This document shows positions 25,029 to 33,676 of a stretch of 64,000 nt of DNA, piece by piece. The stretch is from a virus. Lineage: Duplodnaviria > Caudoviricetes. The stretch spans positions 2,566 to 66,565 of the IMG/VR virus record IMGVR_UViG_3300021399_000014; one strand, written 5' to 3'. Each line of letters starts with the position of its first letter. The stretch's first letter is position 1. The position numbers and the translations under genes were made by a program. Below the pieces are notes generated by a model. That model did not search any database, had not been told where the DNA came from, and saw only the letters and a program-made list of their open reading frames with translations.

Positions 25029-26231
25029 ATGAGTTTTGAATTAAGAGAGCACCAGAAAGCGGCGCTTAAGAAGATGCGCAATGGATGCATCCTAAACGGT
25101 TCTGTCGGTTCTGGAAAGTCTCTTACTTCACTTGCCTATTACTATACTTTTGTGTGTAAAGGTTCTATGGCTAAGCGCACTATGAGCAAACCAAAGGACC
25201 TTTACATAATCACTACGGCAATGAAGAGAGATAAAAAAGAATGGCCATTAGAATGCGCTAGGTTTGGCTTGACTGAAGGCGATAATGATGTCGGCGTTAA
25301 AATCACGATCGACAGCTGGAATAATATCGCTAAGTATACTCAAGTCACTGGCGCATTCTTTATATTTGATGAACAACGAGTTGTAGGAAAAGGAGCTTGG
25401 GTCAAAGCGTTTCTATCTATAACTAAGCGAAACAAGTGGATACTTCTTACCGCAACTCCTGGAGACAACTTTATGGACTATTGTCCCGTGTTCATCGCTA
25501 ATGGCTTTTACAAGAACCGTACGGATTTTATCAGACAGCACGTCATACCTAAGCCATACGTTAAATATTGGGCAGTGGAACGATACGTCAATGTAAGAAA
25601 ATTATATTATTACAAAGACTTAATACTCGTCCCAATGGAGTATAAGCGAGACGTAGAATACCATCACATGGACGTTAAGGTGCCTTACTCATCAACAGCA
25701 TATAAACGAGCCATGAAAGATCGATGGAATATATTCGAGGACCGTCCAATTGCTAACGCCAGTGAGCTATGTTACGTGCTTAGGAGAATAGTGAACAGTG
25801 ACAGGCGGCGTGTCGACGCTGTAGGCGAACTTCTTGAAATGCATGGCAAGGCAATTATATTTTTTAACTTTACATACGAAGCGGAGATACTTGAAAAGCT
25901 GTGTAAAGATAAAAATATAGTATCAGCAAGATGGGACGGGCATAAACATGAGAAAATACCGGATGCTGAAAAGTGGGTATATCTTGTTCAGTACGCTGCC
26001 GGCGATAGTGGATGGAACTGCATAGAGACCGACACTATTATATTTTACTCACAGAACTATTCTTACAAGTCTACGGTTCAAGCGGCAGGACGAATAGACA
26101 GAATGAATACGCCGTTTAAGCATCTGTATTACTATCATGTCCGTTCACAGTCTGGAATTGACAATGCAATTCATAGAGCGCTGAAGCAGAAGAAGAAATT
26201 CAACGAGCGATCATATTTTAGCTCTTTTTAG
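25029..26231 (+). CDS. SNF2/SF2 helicase
   Basis: GSVGSGKS Walker A, FDEQ Walker B, LLTATP, QAAGRIDR motif VI. Confidence 0.85.
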   Translation: MSFELREHQKAALKKMRNGCILNGSVGSGKSLTSLAYYYTFVCKGSMAKRTMSKPKDLYIITTAMKRDKKEWPLECARFGLTEGDNDVGVKITIDSWNNIAKYTQVTGAFFIFDEQRVVGKGAWVKAFLSITKRNKWILLTATPGDNFMDYCPVFIANGFYKNRTDFIRQHVIPKPYVKYWAVERYVNVRKLYYYKDLILVPMEYKRDVEYHHMDVKVPYSSTAYKRAMKDRWNIFEDRPIANASELCYVLRRIVNSDRRRVDAVGELLEMHGKAIIFFNFTYEAEILEKLCKDKNIVSARWDGHKHEKIPDAEKWVYLVQYAAGDSGWNCIETDTIIFYSQNYSYKSTVQAAGRIDRMNTPFKHLYYYHVRSQSGIDNAIHRALKQKKKFNERSYFSSF

Positions 26232-26242
26232 GTGCACGTGTT

Positions 26243-26260
26243 TTACAATTCCTATAGTGA
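26243..26260 (+). promoter_or_regulatory. Phage promoter motif copy upstream of the nuclease-RNAP operon
   Basis: TTACAATTCCTATAGTGA preceded by GTGCACGTG. Confidence 0.55.
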
Positions 26261-26316
26261 GGAGAAAGAGAAGATATAAAAGTCGACTCTTTCTCTTTTT
26301 GTTTTTGGAGACAATT

Positions 26317-26604
26317 ATGCTTGAAAACAAATTTAAAACGAATCTGGTACAGACCATCAAAGATCGACTACCTGGTTCTATTATATTTCACCTAGATCCT
26401 AATGAACTTCAGGGTGCACCTGACTTACTCGTATTATATCGCGACAAGTGGGCGGCCCTTGAAGGAAAGAAAAACGCTAGTGCTTCCAAAAGACCTAATC
26501 AGGAGTACTACGTCAAACTGTTTAACAGTATGTCATTCGCAAGATTCATATATCCGGAAAACAGTAAGGAGGTTCTAGATGAGCTCATCGATTTTATGGA
26601 ATGA
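26317..26604 (+). CDS. VRR-NUC / PD-(D/E)xK nuclease (resolvase-like)
   Basis: GAPDLLVL...ALEGK...RPNQ motif. Confidence 0.75.
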   Translation: MLENKFKTNLVQTIKDRLPGSIIFHLDPNELQGAPDLLVLYRDKWAALEGKKNASASKRPNQEYYVKLFNSMSFARFIYPENSKEVLDELIDFME

Positions 26605-27157
26605 CCATCGCCGTCTTAAGGGACAGCATGCGTTGTTCAGTCCATCGAATCCGTCATGGATTAGATATGACGCAGACAAAGTTCGATCATATTTGCAATC
26701 TATTGAAGCTAGAGCTCTTGGTACTAGACTTCATGACTACGCTTGTCAAAGCATCGAACTAGGACGAAAACTTCCGAGCAGACCGGCGGACACAATATCC
26801 CTTTATGTGAACGATGCCATCAAACTCGGAATGACACCAGAGCAATGCTTATATTATTCGCAGTATTGCTATGGTCACGCAGATGCTATTAAATTCGATC
26901 GTGGCACGATCAGAATACATGATCTTAAAACCGGCTCGCTTCCTGGCAAAATGGATCAGCTATTGATCTATGACGCTCTGTTCTGTCTCGAATATGGATA
27001 CGATCCGCATAGCATCAAGCACAATCTCAGGATTTATCAGTATGACGACATTAACGAAGTCACGCCGCATCCTGATGATATTGCAGAGTATATGGATCAG
27101 ATTATCAAGGTAGACGAGATCAAAACTGGCGCAATGGGGGAAGCGAATTATGAGTGA
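26579..27157 (+). CDS. Cas4-like / DUF2800-type PD-(D/E)xK exonuclease
   Basis: HALFSPS...GTRLHD...GHADAI...IHDLKTG...QLLIY motifs. Confidence 0.7.
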   Translation: MSSSILWNDHRRLKGQHALFSPSNPSWIRYDADKVRSYLQSIEARALGTRLHDYACQSIELGRKLPSRPADTISLYVNDAIKLGMTPEQCLYYSQYCYGHADAIKFDRGTIRIHDLKTGSLPGKMDQLLIYDALFCLEYGYDPHSIKHNLRIYQYDDINEVTPHPDDIAEYMDQIIKVDEIKTGAMGEANYE

Positions 27158-29957
27158 ATTATATTCTATATGGGAAGGCGAGTTCCTATCACATGAGGGT
27201 AAAGCTCATGACGAGAACCCTCCTGGACGAGGTTCTGGTAGATATGGCTGGGGTACTGGTGAACGAAAGTACCAGCATCTTCCTTGGGCGACCAAGGCTG
27301 GTATGGAAATAAAGCAGCTTCAAGCTGAAGGTCTAAAGATGAAGCAAATCGCAGCTGCTCTCGGGACGAGTCAGGCTAATCTGCGAAGGTGCTTAAGCAT
27401 AGACAAAGAGGCTCGCGACATTCGCGACAGGAACGAGCTCATCAGACTCAGGGATATCGAAGGCGTTACGTCTATGCGAGAAATGTCCAGGCGCACAGGC
27501 ATTCCTCTCACTACCGTGGGCAATCTCTTGAGAGAAAACACCCAGGCTAAGATAGAACGTAATGCTAAGTATATGGAGATTCTGCGTAAGCAGATTGAAG
27601 AGAAAGGGCATATCGACGTCGGAGCTGGGACTGAACATAACTTAGGCGTTAGCTCCACAAAGATGAACCAGCTGGTTAAGTCCCTTGCTGAAGAAGGCTA
27701 TGTACTGTCTCATCCTAAAGTGCCGCAGGCCGGAACCAGCTATGATACAAATATGCTCGTTCTGTCCAAGAAAGGTACGCCGAAGAATTATATTTATAAC
27801 CACATAGAAGATATTAAGACATTAGACGATCTTCATGTGGTGGACGACGGTAACGGTCCAAAAGAAGCTAAGTTCCATGATCCTAAGAGTATTGACTCAT
27901 CGAGAGTAGCTGTTAAATACAATGAGGAAGGCGGACTCGCTAAAGATGGACTAATTCAGTTAAGGCGTGGAGTTCCTGAACTTAATCTCGGCAACAGCAA
28001 CTATGCGCAGGTTCGTATTGCCGTTGACGGTACACATTACATTAAGGGAATGGCCGTCTATGGTGACGACGAAGACTTCCCGAATGGTGTCGACGTTCTC
28101 TTTAACACCAATAAGAAACTCGGCACTCCCATGATGGGCGCTAAAGACAACACTGTGTTCAAGCCGATCAAAGGTGAAGGACTTCAGGCATTTGGCGCTA
28201 CAATCAGAGACCAGAACGACTGGACTGATGAGAACGGTAAACACCATGAGGGTCTCGTAAACATTGTTAAAGAGCAGGGTGTATGGCATGAGCAGCAAAG
28301 AACGCTTGCCTCACAATTCTTGGCTAAGCAATCACATCAGCTGGCCAAGAAACAGCTTGACCTTGCTTACGCCGATAAAGAGAACGAGTTCAAGGAAATT
28401 CAGGCACTTGACAATCCCGTTGTTAAACAGCGCATGCTCCGGTCTTTCGCTGAAGAATGCGACGCTGCTGCTGTACATCTCAAAGCTGCGGCAATTCCGA
28501 GACAGTCATGGAACGTTATTATTCCAATGACCACTCTTAAAGATAACGAAATCTATGCTCCCGCCTATAAAGATGGCGAAGAGGTGGTCTGCATTCGTTA
28601 TCCTCACGGCGGTAAATTTGAACTTGTACAGCTTAAGGTCAATAACCGTAACAAAGAGGGCAAGAAAGTACTGGGTTCGGACGCCTTTGACGCCGTAGGC
28701 ATAGGCAAATCGTCTGCTGACAAGCTCTCTGGTGCTGACTTTGATGGCGATACAGTTCTTGTTATACCTAACCCTAAGAAGCCCACTAAAAATGGGAAAT
28801 ACAAGTATGAGATTTCTGTTAGAGACTCGCTCGAAGGACTCAAAGACTTTGATCCTAAGATAACTTATGGTGGCGTAGCTGAAAAAGACAGGATGACGAG
28901 CAAAAACACTCAGCGCCAGATGGGCATCATATCTAATCTTATTAGTGATATGACGATCCTTGGGGCCGATGATGATGAACTTGCCAGAGCAGTAAGACAT
29001 AGCATGGTCGTTATCGACGCTGAGAAGCACGGGCTTGATTACAAGCGGTCGTATAAAGACAACAAGATCGCTGAGCTCAAGAAGAAGTACCAAGGCGGCG
29101 GAGGCGTAGCGACACTTCTGTCTAGAGCCAAGAACCCCAGGTACGTGCCTGCCCGAGTCACCAACAACCCCTATGATATCGATGAAGAGACTGGCGAACG
29201 CATCTGGAATAACCAGAAAGAACGTAAGTACATCGATAAGGACGGGGTAGAGCGTACTATCAAGCCCCGCAACATCAAGACGTACTGGATGGATACTGTA
29301 TCTGATGCTCGAGAATTAATCTCCGATCGGAACACGGTAATAGAGAACGTTTACGCTAACTTTGCTAATGAGTGTAAGGCTTTGGCTAATCGTGCGCGCA
29401 AAGAACTCGTTCGTTCTAGTAAAGAGGAGCACCTTGAATACAGCAAGGAAGCAGCCAAGACCTATGCAAAAGAAGTAGAGGAGCTTAATCGCAAGCTTTT
29501 GACCGCACAGAAGAACGCGCCCAGAGAGAGGGCGGCGCAAAGATTAGCCAACCTCAGGGTAAAGGATGCGGTAGAGAATGCAAAGCTGAACGGAACCGAG
29601 CTGACTGATAGCGAGGTACGTAAGCTCCTTGCTAAACAGATTGAACCTGCCCGCAGAGAGGTGGGAGCTAAGAAAGAGCGGGTCAAGTTCACCGAACGTG
29701 AGTGGGAAGCAGTGCAGAAGGGGGCTATTCATCAGACCACCCTGGCCAAGCTTCTAAGCAATGCGGATGAGAAGAACTATAAGACCCTGGCTACCCCTAG
29801 AGACCAGCGTGGGCTGTCACAGTACAAGATCAACCGGATAAAGGGTATGCTAGAGGCCGGGGTAGATACCCGTACCATGCAGTGGATAGCCGACTACATG
29901 GGAGTGTCCCTGTCAACTATTGCTGCAGTCAAGTCTGGTAAATACGACAAGAAGTAA
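27150..29957 (+). CDS. Single-subunit two-barrel RNA polymerase (YonO / RdRP-like) with fused HTH domains
   Basis: RYPH (28596-28607), catalytic LSGADFDGD (28731-28751), GIISNLI and VIDAEK motifs; two N-terminal and one C-terminal HTH-like segments. Confidence 0.8.
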   Translation: MSELYSIWEGEFLSHEGKAHDENPPGRGSGRYGWGTGERKYQHLPWATKAGMEIKQLQAEGLKMKQIAAALGTSQANLRRCLSIDKEARDIRDRNELIRLRDIEGVTSMREMSRRTGIPLTTVGNLLRENTQAKIERNAKYMEILRKQIEEKGHIDVGAGTEHNLGVSSTKMNQLVKSLAEEGYVLSHPKVPQAGTSYDTNMLVLSKKGTPKNYIYNHIEDIKTLDDLHVVDDGNGPKEAKFHDPKSIDSSRVAVKYNEEGGLAKDGLIQLRRGVPELNLGNSNYAQVRIAVDGTHYIKGMAVYGDDEDFPNGVDVLFNTNKKLGTPMMGAKDNTVFKPIKGEGLQAFGATIRDQNDWTDENGKHHEGLVNIVKEQGVWHEQQRTLASQFLAKQSHQLAKKQLDLAYADKENEFKEIQALDNPVVKQRMLRSFAEECDAAAVHLKAAAIPRQSWNVIIPMTTLKDNEIYAPAYKDGEEVVCIRYPHGGKFELVQLKVNNRNKEGKKVLGSDAFDAVGIGKSSADKLSGADFDGDTVLVIPNPKKPTKNGKYKYEISVRDSLEGLKDFDPKITYGGVAEKDRMTSKNTQRQMGIISNLISDMTILGADDDELARAVRHSMVVIDAEKHGLDYKRSYKDNKIAELKKKYQGGGGVATLLSRAKNPRYVPARVTNNPYDIDEETGERIWNNQKERKYIDKDGVERTIKPRNIKTYWMDTVSDARELISDRNTVIENVYANFANECKALANRARKELVRSSKEEHLEYSKEAAKTYAKEVEELNRKLLTAQKNAPRERAAQRLANLRVKDAVENAKLNGTELTDSEVRKLLAKQIEPARREVGAKKERVKFTEREWEAVQKGAIHQTTLAKLLSNADEKNYKTLATPRDQRGLSQYKINRIKGMLEAGVDTRTMQWIADYMGVSLSTIAAVKSGKYDKK

Positions 29958-29969
29958 GGAGGAACGAGT

Positions 29970-30248
29970 ATGGCTAAAGACTATTGGGTCACTACCTCGA
30001 AGAATCCTTATGACCCCTTTACCCAGTGGGCTGACTGGTATCATTATGACGAGTATGAGAAGCGCTACTGTACAACTGGTTTGATGGCGCGTTTTTCATC
30101 GTGTAGTGACGATGACCCGGAAAGCTGGAAAAGGGAATCTGATTTACGGGCAGCTACCATAATTATTAACGAAATACCTCTCCTGTCAGACGACGAAGAG
30201 TATGTGCTTGTTACAAGAGATGTCCCTGATGAAGACGAAGATTCATAG
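29970..30248 (+). CDS. Small acidic protein following the RNAP gene
   Basis: AAGGAGG RBS; TTSKNPYDPFTQWADWY motif. Confidence 0.65.
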   Translation: MAKDYWVTTSKNPYDPFTQWADWYHYDEYEKRYCTTGLMARFSSCSDDDPESWKRESDLRAATIIINEIPLLSDDEEYVLVTRDVPDEDEDS

Positions 30249-30249
30249 G

Positions 30250-30830
30250 CTTGACCTCCTCCTTTAATACAAGACATAGTGTGATTATTATAGCTTTGTA
30301 TGCACTTGCTTTTACACATCTGTATGCAAAGCTATTGATTCACACTATAACGATCTTAACGTGTCTTTACAACACCATACTCACTGCACAAACCTTATTG
30401 TTATGCATACAGTTGCTTAAAGATATAGAATCAAACAAATTAATTTAGTTTCTTTTAGTATTTTAGTTATTAACAAACAGAATAAAAAGTATTTGACTTT
30501 GTTTTAATCTATTCAAAACAAAACTTTTTAACTAATTTAAACTATTTGTTTAATGTTTTTAAGTATTTTTGTTATATTGAATGGATTTTGTTTGTTTTTA
30601 ATCTCATTTAAAGGCAGAAATAGGTATAAACATGCTTAAAAACGAAGAAATTAAAAGATTTTCAATCAAAAATCCTTTTGCAGGCTTCAAAAAGCATACA
30701 AAACGCTCACCACTCTGGTCTATTTCGACAAAAAGAGGGTAGAGGGGGGTCCAAAAAATGCACACCCCCACCCATATCGCGCCCATCTTTATTTTTCCCC
30801 CGGAGGATTATATTTTCAAAACTTTCTAGT
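30250..30830. other. Non-coding AT-rich / G-C tract region, candidate genome end (cos/pac)
   Basis: No credible gene; very AT-rich 30420-30660; GGGTAGAGGGGGGT...CACCCCCACCC symmetry; lies just upstream of the terS/HNH/terL operon. Confidence 0.4.
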
Positions 30831-30991
30831 CCCGCTTTCTGCGCCCCGTAAGCCAAGGACGGCATTTTTTCTAAGTCGCTACTGCTTAGGGTAAGTGTCT
30901 GTCTCCTTTCTGCCGTTCATAGTACCTCCTAATTTACTATAAAAGTCTATCGGGACGCAGAAAGAGGTATTAGAAAAGAAAGGAAAGTCTA

Positions 30992-31342
30992 ATGAAAAGC
31001 AAAGAATCTCCTCCGATTTCTTCTAGAAAGTCTCGTGGAAGAGCGAGGTCGCCTGAAGAACGGGAGGCTCAGTTAATTTCTTTGGCTATGGACCGTGTCG
31101 AAGAGCGTATGATGAACGGTACTGCGTCTTCACAAGAGTATGTACACTTCCTCAGAGCGGCTTCAACCAAAGAAAGATACGAAACTGAAAAGGTAGCACT
31201 AGAACTGGAACTCGTTAAGGCTAAAACAGAGAATCTGCGCCTGCAACAGAAGAACGAAGAGCTATATGCTAATGCTCTTAAGGCGTTCAAACGCTATACA
31301 GGAGCGGACGACGAGGACGAAGACGATGAGGACCTATACTGA
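30992..31342 (+). CDS. Probable terminase small subunit
   Basis: First gene of the packaging operon; helical, EEREAQLISLAMD...ASSQEYVHFLR; position-based call. Confidence 0.5.
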   Translation: MKSKESPPISSRKSRGRARSPEEREAQLISLAMDRVEERMMNGTASSQEYVHFLRAASTKERYETEKVALELELVKAKTENLRLQQKNEELYANALKAFKRYTGADDEDEDDEDLY

Positions 31343-31757
31343 TCTGCTCAAAATCTCTTCGTTTGAAGAGCGTCTAAAATATCTGATGCTTTACGGTAAA
31401 GTTGGTCATGATACATTTGGCTATGACCGGTATCTTAACCAGTACCTATATCAGCGATCAGAAGACTGGAAACGAATTCGTAAATACGTTATTAATCGTG
31501 ATAACGCTTGTGACTTGGCGCATCCAGATTACGAAATTCATCCTGACGGCAGAAGATACATTATATTAGTTCATCACATGAACCCAATTACCAAAGAGGA
31601 TCTTCTGAACCGCTCTGACATTGTGCTTGACCCAGAGTTCCTAATTACAACAACTAGAGACACACACAACATTATTCACTATGGCTTCACCAAGTCCAAA
31701 CGTCCGACACTGATTGAACGGACGCCTAACGATACTTGCCCTTGGAGAAAGAGGTAA
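31326..31757 (+). CDS. HNH endonuclease (packaging-associated)
   Basis: WKRIRKYVINRDNACD...VHHMNP...THNIIHYG. Confidence 0.8.
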   Translation: MRTYTDLLKISSFEERLKYLMLYGKVGHDTFGYDRYLNQYLYQRSEDWKRIRKYVINRDNACDLAHPDYEIHPDGRRYIILVHHMNPITKEDLLNRSDIVLDPEFLITTTRDTHNIIHYGFTKSKRPTLIERTPNDTCPWRKR

Positions 31758-31762
31758 ATGCT

Positions 31763-32116
31763 ATGGCCGTAAACGACAGCATCTTAACTAGTGTAAAACT
31801 TTACAGTCTGGTCCCTAAAGAGACCACAATTTACGATGCTCAGATCATCGACCATATCAATGCGCAGTTTAATACTGTGAAGCAGCTTCTCAAGGGCTTC
31901 AAAGGCTACGTGATCGTAGACGAGCATGACACTTGGGAAGATATAGGAATCAGCGATCCGACACTGCTATCGGCAATAATCGATTACGTGAAGATTGCTG
32001 TTAATTTAAAATTTGACCCGCCAACGAATTCCTACCTGGTTACACTCCGTAAGGAGCAGCTGGCAGAAGCGGAATGGCGGATCTGCAACGACTATTCATG
32101 CGTGGAGGAAACGTGA
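31763..32116 (+). CDS. Putative head-tail connector (gp6-like)
   Basis: SILTSVK...DAQIIDHIN...LKFDPP...EAEWR pattern recalled from related phages. Confidence 0.5.
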   Translation: MAVNDSILTSVKLYSLVPKETTIYDAQIIDHINAQFNTVKQLLKGFKGYVIVDEHDTWEDIGISDPTLLSAIIDYVKIAVNLKFDPPTNSYLVTLRKEQLAEAEWRICNDYSCVEET

Positions 32117-32526
32117 GTACGACTTTAGTGATCGGGCTTCCTGGCACCGGTAAAACTACTTATGCGAAAGAGAATCGTGGTGATGCGCTAGTCTACGACT
32201 TGGACTATCTCAAAGCGGCTCTTACATATTCGGATGTTCACAGCCCAGACGACGAGGACGCAAGAAAGGTGGCTAACGCTTTTCTGGCATCTTTTTGTTT
32301 ATTTGCGCCTCTTCAGCGTAGGGACTGCTTTATCATTCGAACGGCTCCTAAGTTGGACGAACTTAAAGTATTAAAACCGGACAAACTTGTCGTTATGACT
32401 AAAGAATACGACATTTCCAACCGTGCAGATTTTCATGATGTCGACAAAGAACTCTATAACATTCGCATCACAGCATGCATCAAATGGTGCGACAAGAACG
32501 GAGTCGATATTGAAATTAAGGAGTAA
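32113..32526 (+). CDS. Small P-loop NTPase/kinase
   Basis: GTG start; LVIGLPGTGKTTYA Walker A. Confidence 0.7.
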   Translation: MSTTLVIGLPGTGKTTYAKENRGDALVYDLDYLKAALTYSDVHSPDDEDARKVANAFLASFCLFAPLQRRDCFIIRTAPKLDELKVLKPDKLVVMTKEYDISNRADFHDVDKELYNIRITACIKWCDKNGVDIEIKE

Positions 32527-32528
32527 CT

Positions 32529-33671
32529 ATGGCTTACAACAGATGGCTATCACCAGTTTATTATCGTGGTATTGAACTAGCGTCAGACCATCTTGAGCAT
32601 CATGGAGTTTTAGGACAACGAAAAGGCAAACGTAATGGTCCTCCTTATCCTCTGGACCGCTCAGTATCTAATGGGCATAAACTTCTTAAAGGAGACGGTT
32701 CGCCTCAGGGAAAGAAGAAACGAAAACAGAAAACGGTTTTTGTCTCTGGTTCTTCTAAAACACAAGACGAAGCTTCTGGTTATTACCGTAAAGAACTCCC
32801 TAAAGATATTCAGAAGCAGCTCGATGACCATATCAGAAAAGGTAATCGTATCATCGTAGGCGATGCTCCTGGCATTGATAGGCAGGTTCAAGACTATCTG
32901 AACGCTAAGAAATACAGAAATGTGGAAGTCTATGGACCAGGGAAAGAAGTTCGATACTCTGCAAATTCCAAGTGGAAAACCAATCCGATTGACGATCCTG
33001 ATCATGAACCTGGGTCCAAAGAATGGCTAGCTAAGAAAGACATAGCCATGACTGAAGCAGCCGATGAGGGGCTAGCAATTGTATTGGACGAAGGTGCAAA
33101 AGCCACGAGAAAAAACGTTCAACGTCTGTCTGACAGCGGTAAGGGTGTTAAGGTCTATTCTCTTAATAAAGACGGAACTGATAACTGGGAAGACGATTGG
33201 GATAGAAAATGGAATACGACGTACGCTAGTAAGGACATTAAGAAAGCTAACGATATCTATAATACGTTATCCAAACAGGAAAAGTATTTCTTGACGGCCG
33301 AAGAAAATTCAAAGCGATACGTTAGTCGTGAAGAATATGGTAAAAAAGGGACCAACGCCTATTCATTAATAGAACAATATAAAGATACGCCGATTTCGGT
33401 TATCGACATATGGAAAAATGATCGTGGTGGCGCAGACGTATCTATCGCAGTCAGAAATGATAGCAAATATAGGCATAAAGGATATGCAAGCCGTGCCTTA
33501 GAGAATGGCATTAAGTATTTTTACGATCACCCGGAAATCGAGTATTTAATATGGGGCGTTAATCATAAAAACAGACCTAGTATTGAATTAGCGAAGAAAT
33601 ATGGATTTTATCTATACGATAGCCGAGACGACGGCTGGGATATCTATACGTTAGATCAAAAGAAGAGGTAA
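32529..33671 (+). CDS. HHG-leader protein with SLOG (YspA-like) and GNAT acetyltransferase domains
   Basis: Leader LEHHGVLGQRKG; VFVSGSS...IIVGDAPGIDRQVQ...KDIAMTEAAD SLOG pattern; YRHKGYAS...NRPSIELAKKYGF GNAT pattern. Confidence 0.7.
   Translation: MAYNRWLSPVYYRGIELASDHLEHHGVLGQRKGKRNGPPYPLDRSVSNGHKLLKGDGSPQGKKKRKQKTVFVSGSSKTQDEASGYYRKELPKDIQKQLDDHIRKGNRIIVGDAPGIDRQVQDYLNAKKYRNVEVYGPGKEVRYSANSKWKTNPIDDPDHEPGSKEWLAKKDIAMTEAADEGLAIVLDEGAKATRKNVQRLSDSGKGVKVYSLNKDGTDNWEDDWDRKWNTTYASKDIKKANDIYNTLSKQEKYFLTAEENSKRYVSREEYGKKGTNAYSLIEQYKDTPISVIDIWKNDRGGADVSIAVRNDSKYRHKGYASRALENGIKYFYDHPEIEYLIWGVNHKNRPSIELAKKYGFYLYDSRDDGWDIYTLDQKKR
32598..32653 (+). repeat. 56-bp leader-coding repeat, copy 1 (copy 2 at 33713-33768)
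   Basis: Near-identical DNA encoding HHGVLGQRKGKRNGPPYPL in two adjacent genes. Confidence 0.85.
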
Positions 33672-33676
33672 TCATA

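Noticed and set aside
26579-27157. Cas4-like nuclease as part of a CRISPR-Cas system
   Set aside because: No cas1/cas2, effector genes or array in the window; stand-alone Cas4-like exonucleases are normal in phage replication blocks.
30911-30921. Third copy of the 24-bp direct repeat (TGCCGTTCATA)
   Set aside because: Only 11 bp match; it is in a different context and is probably coincidental.
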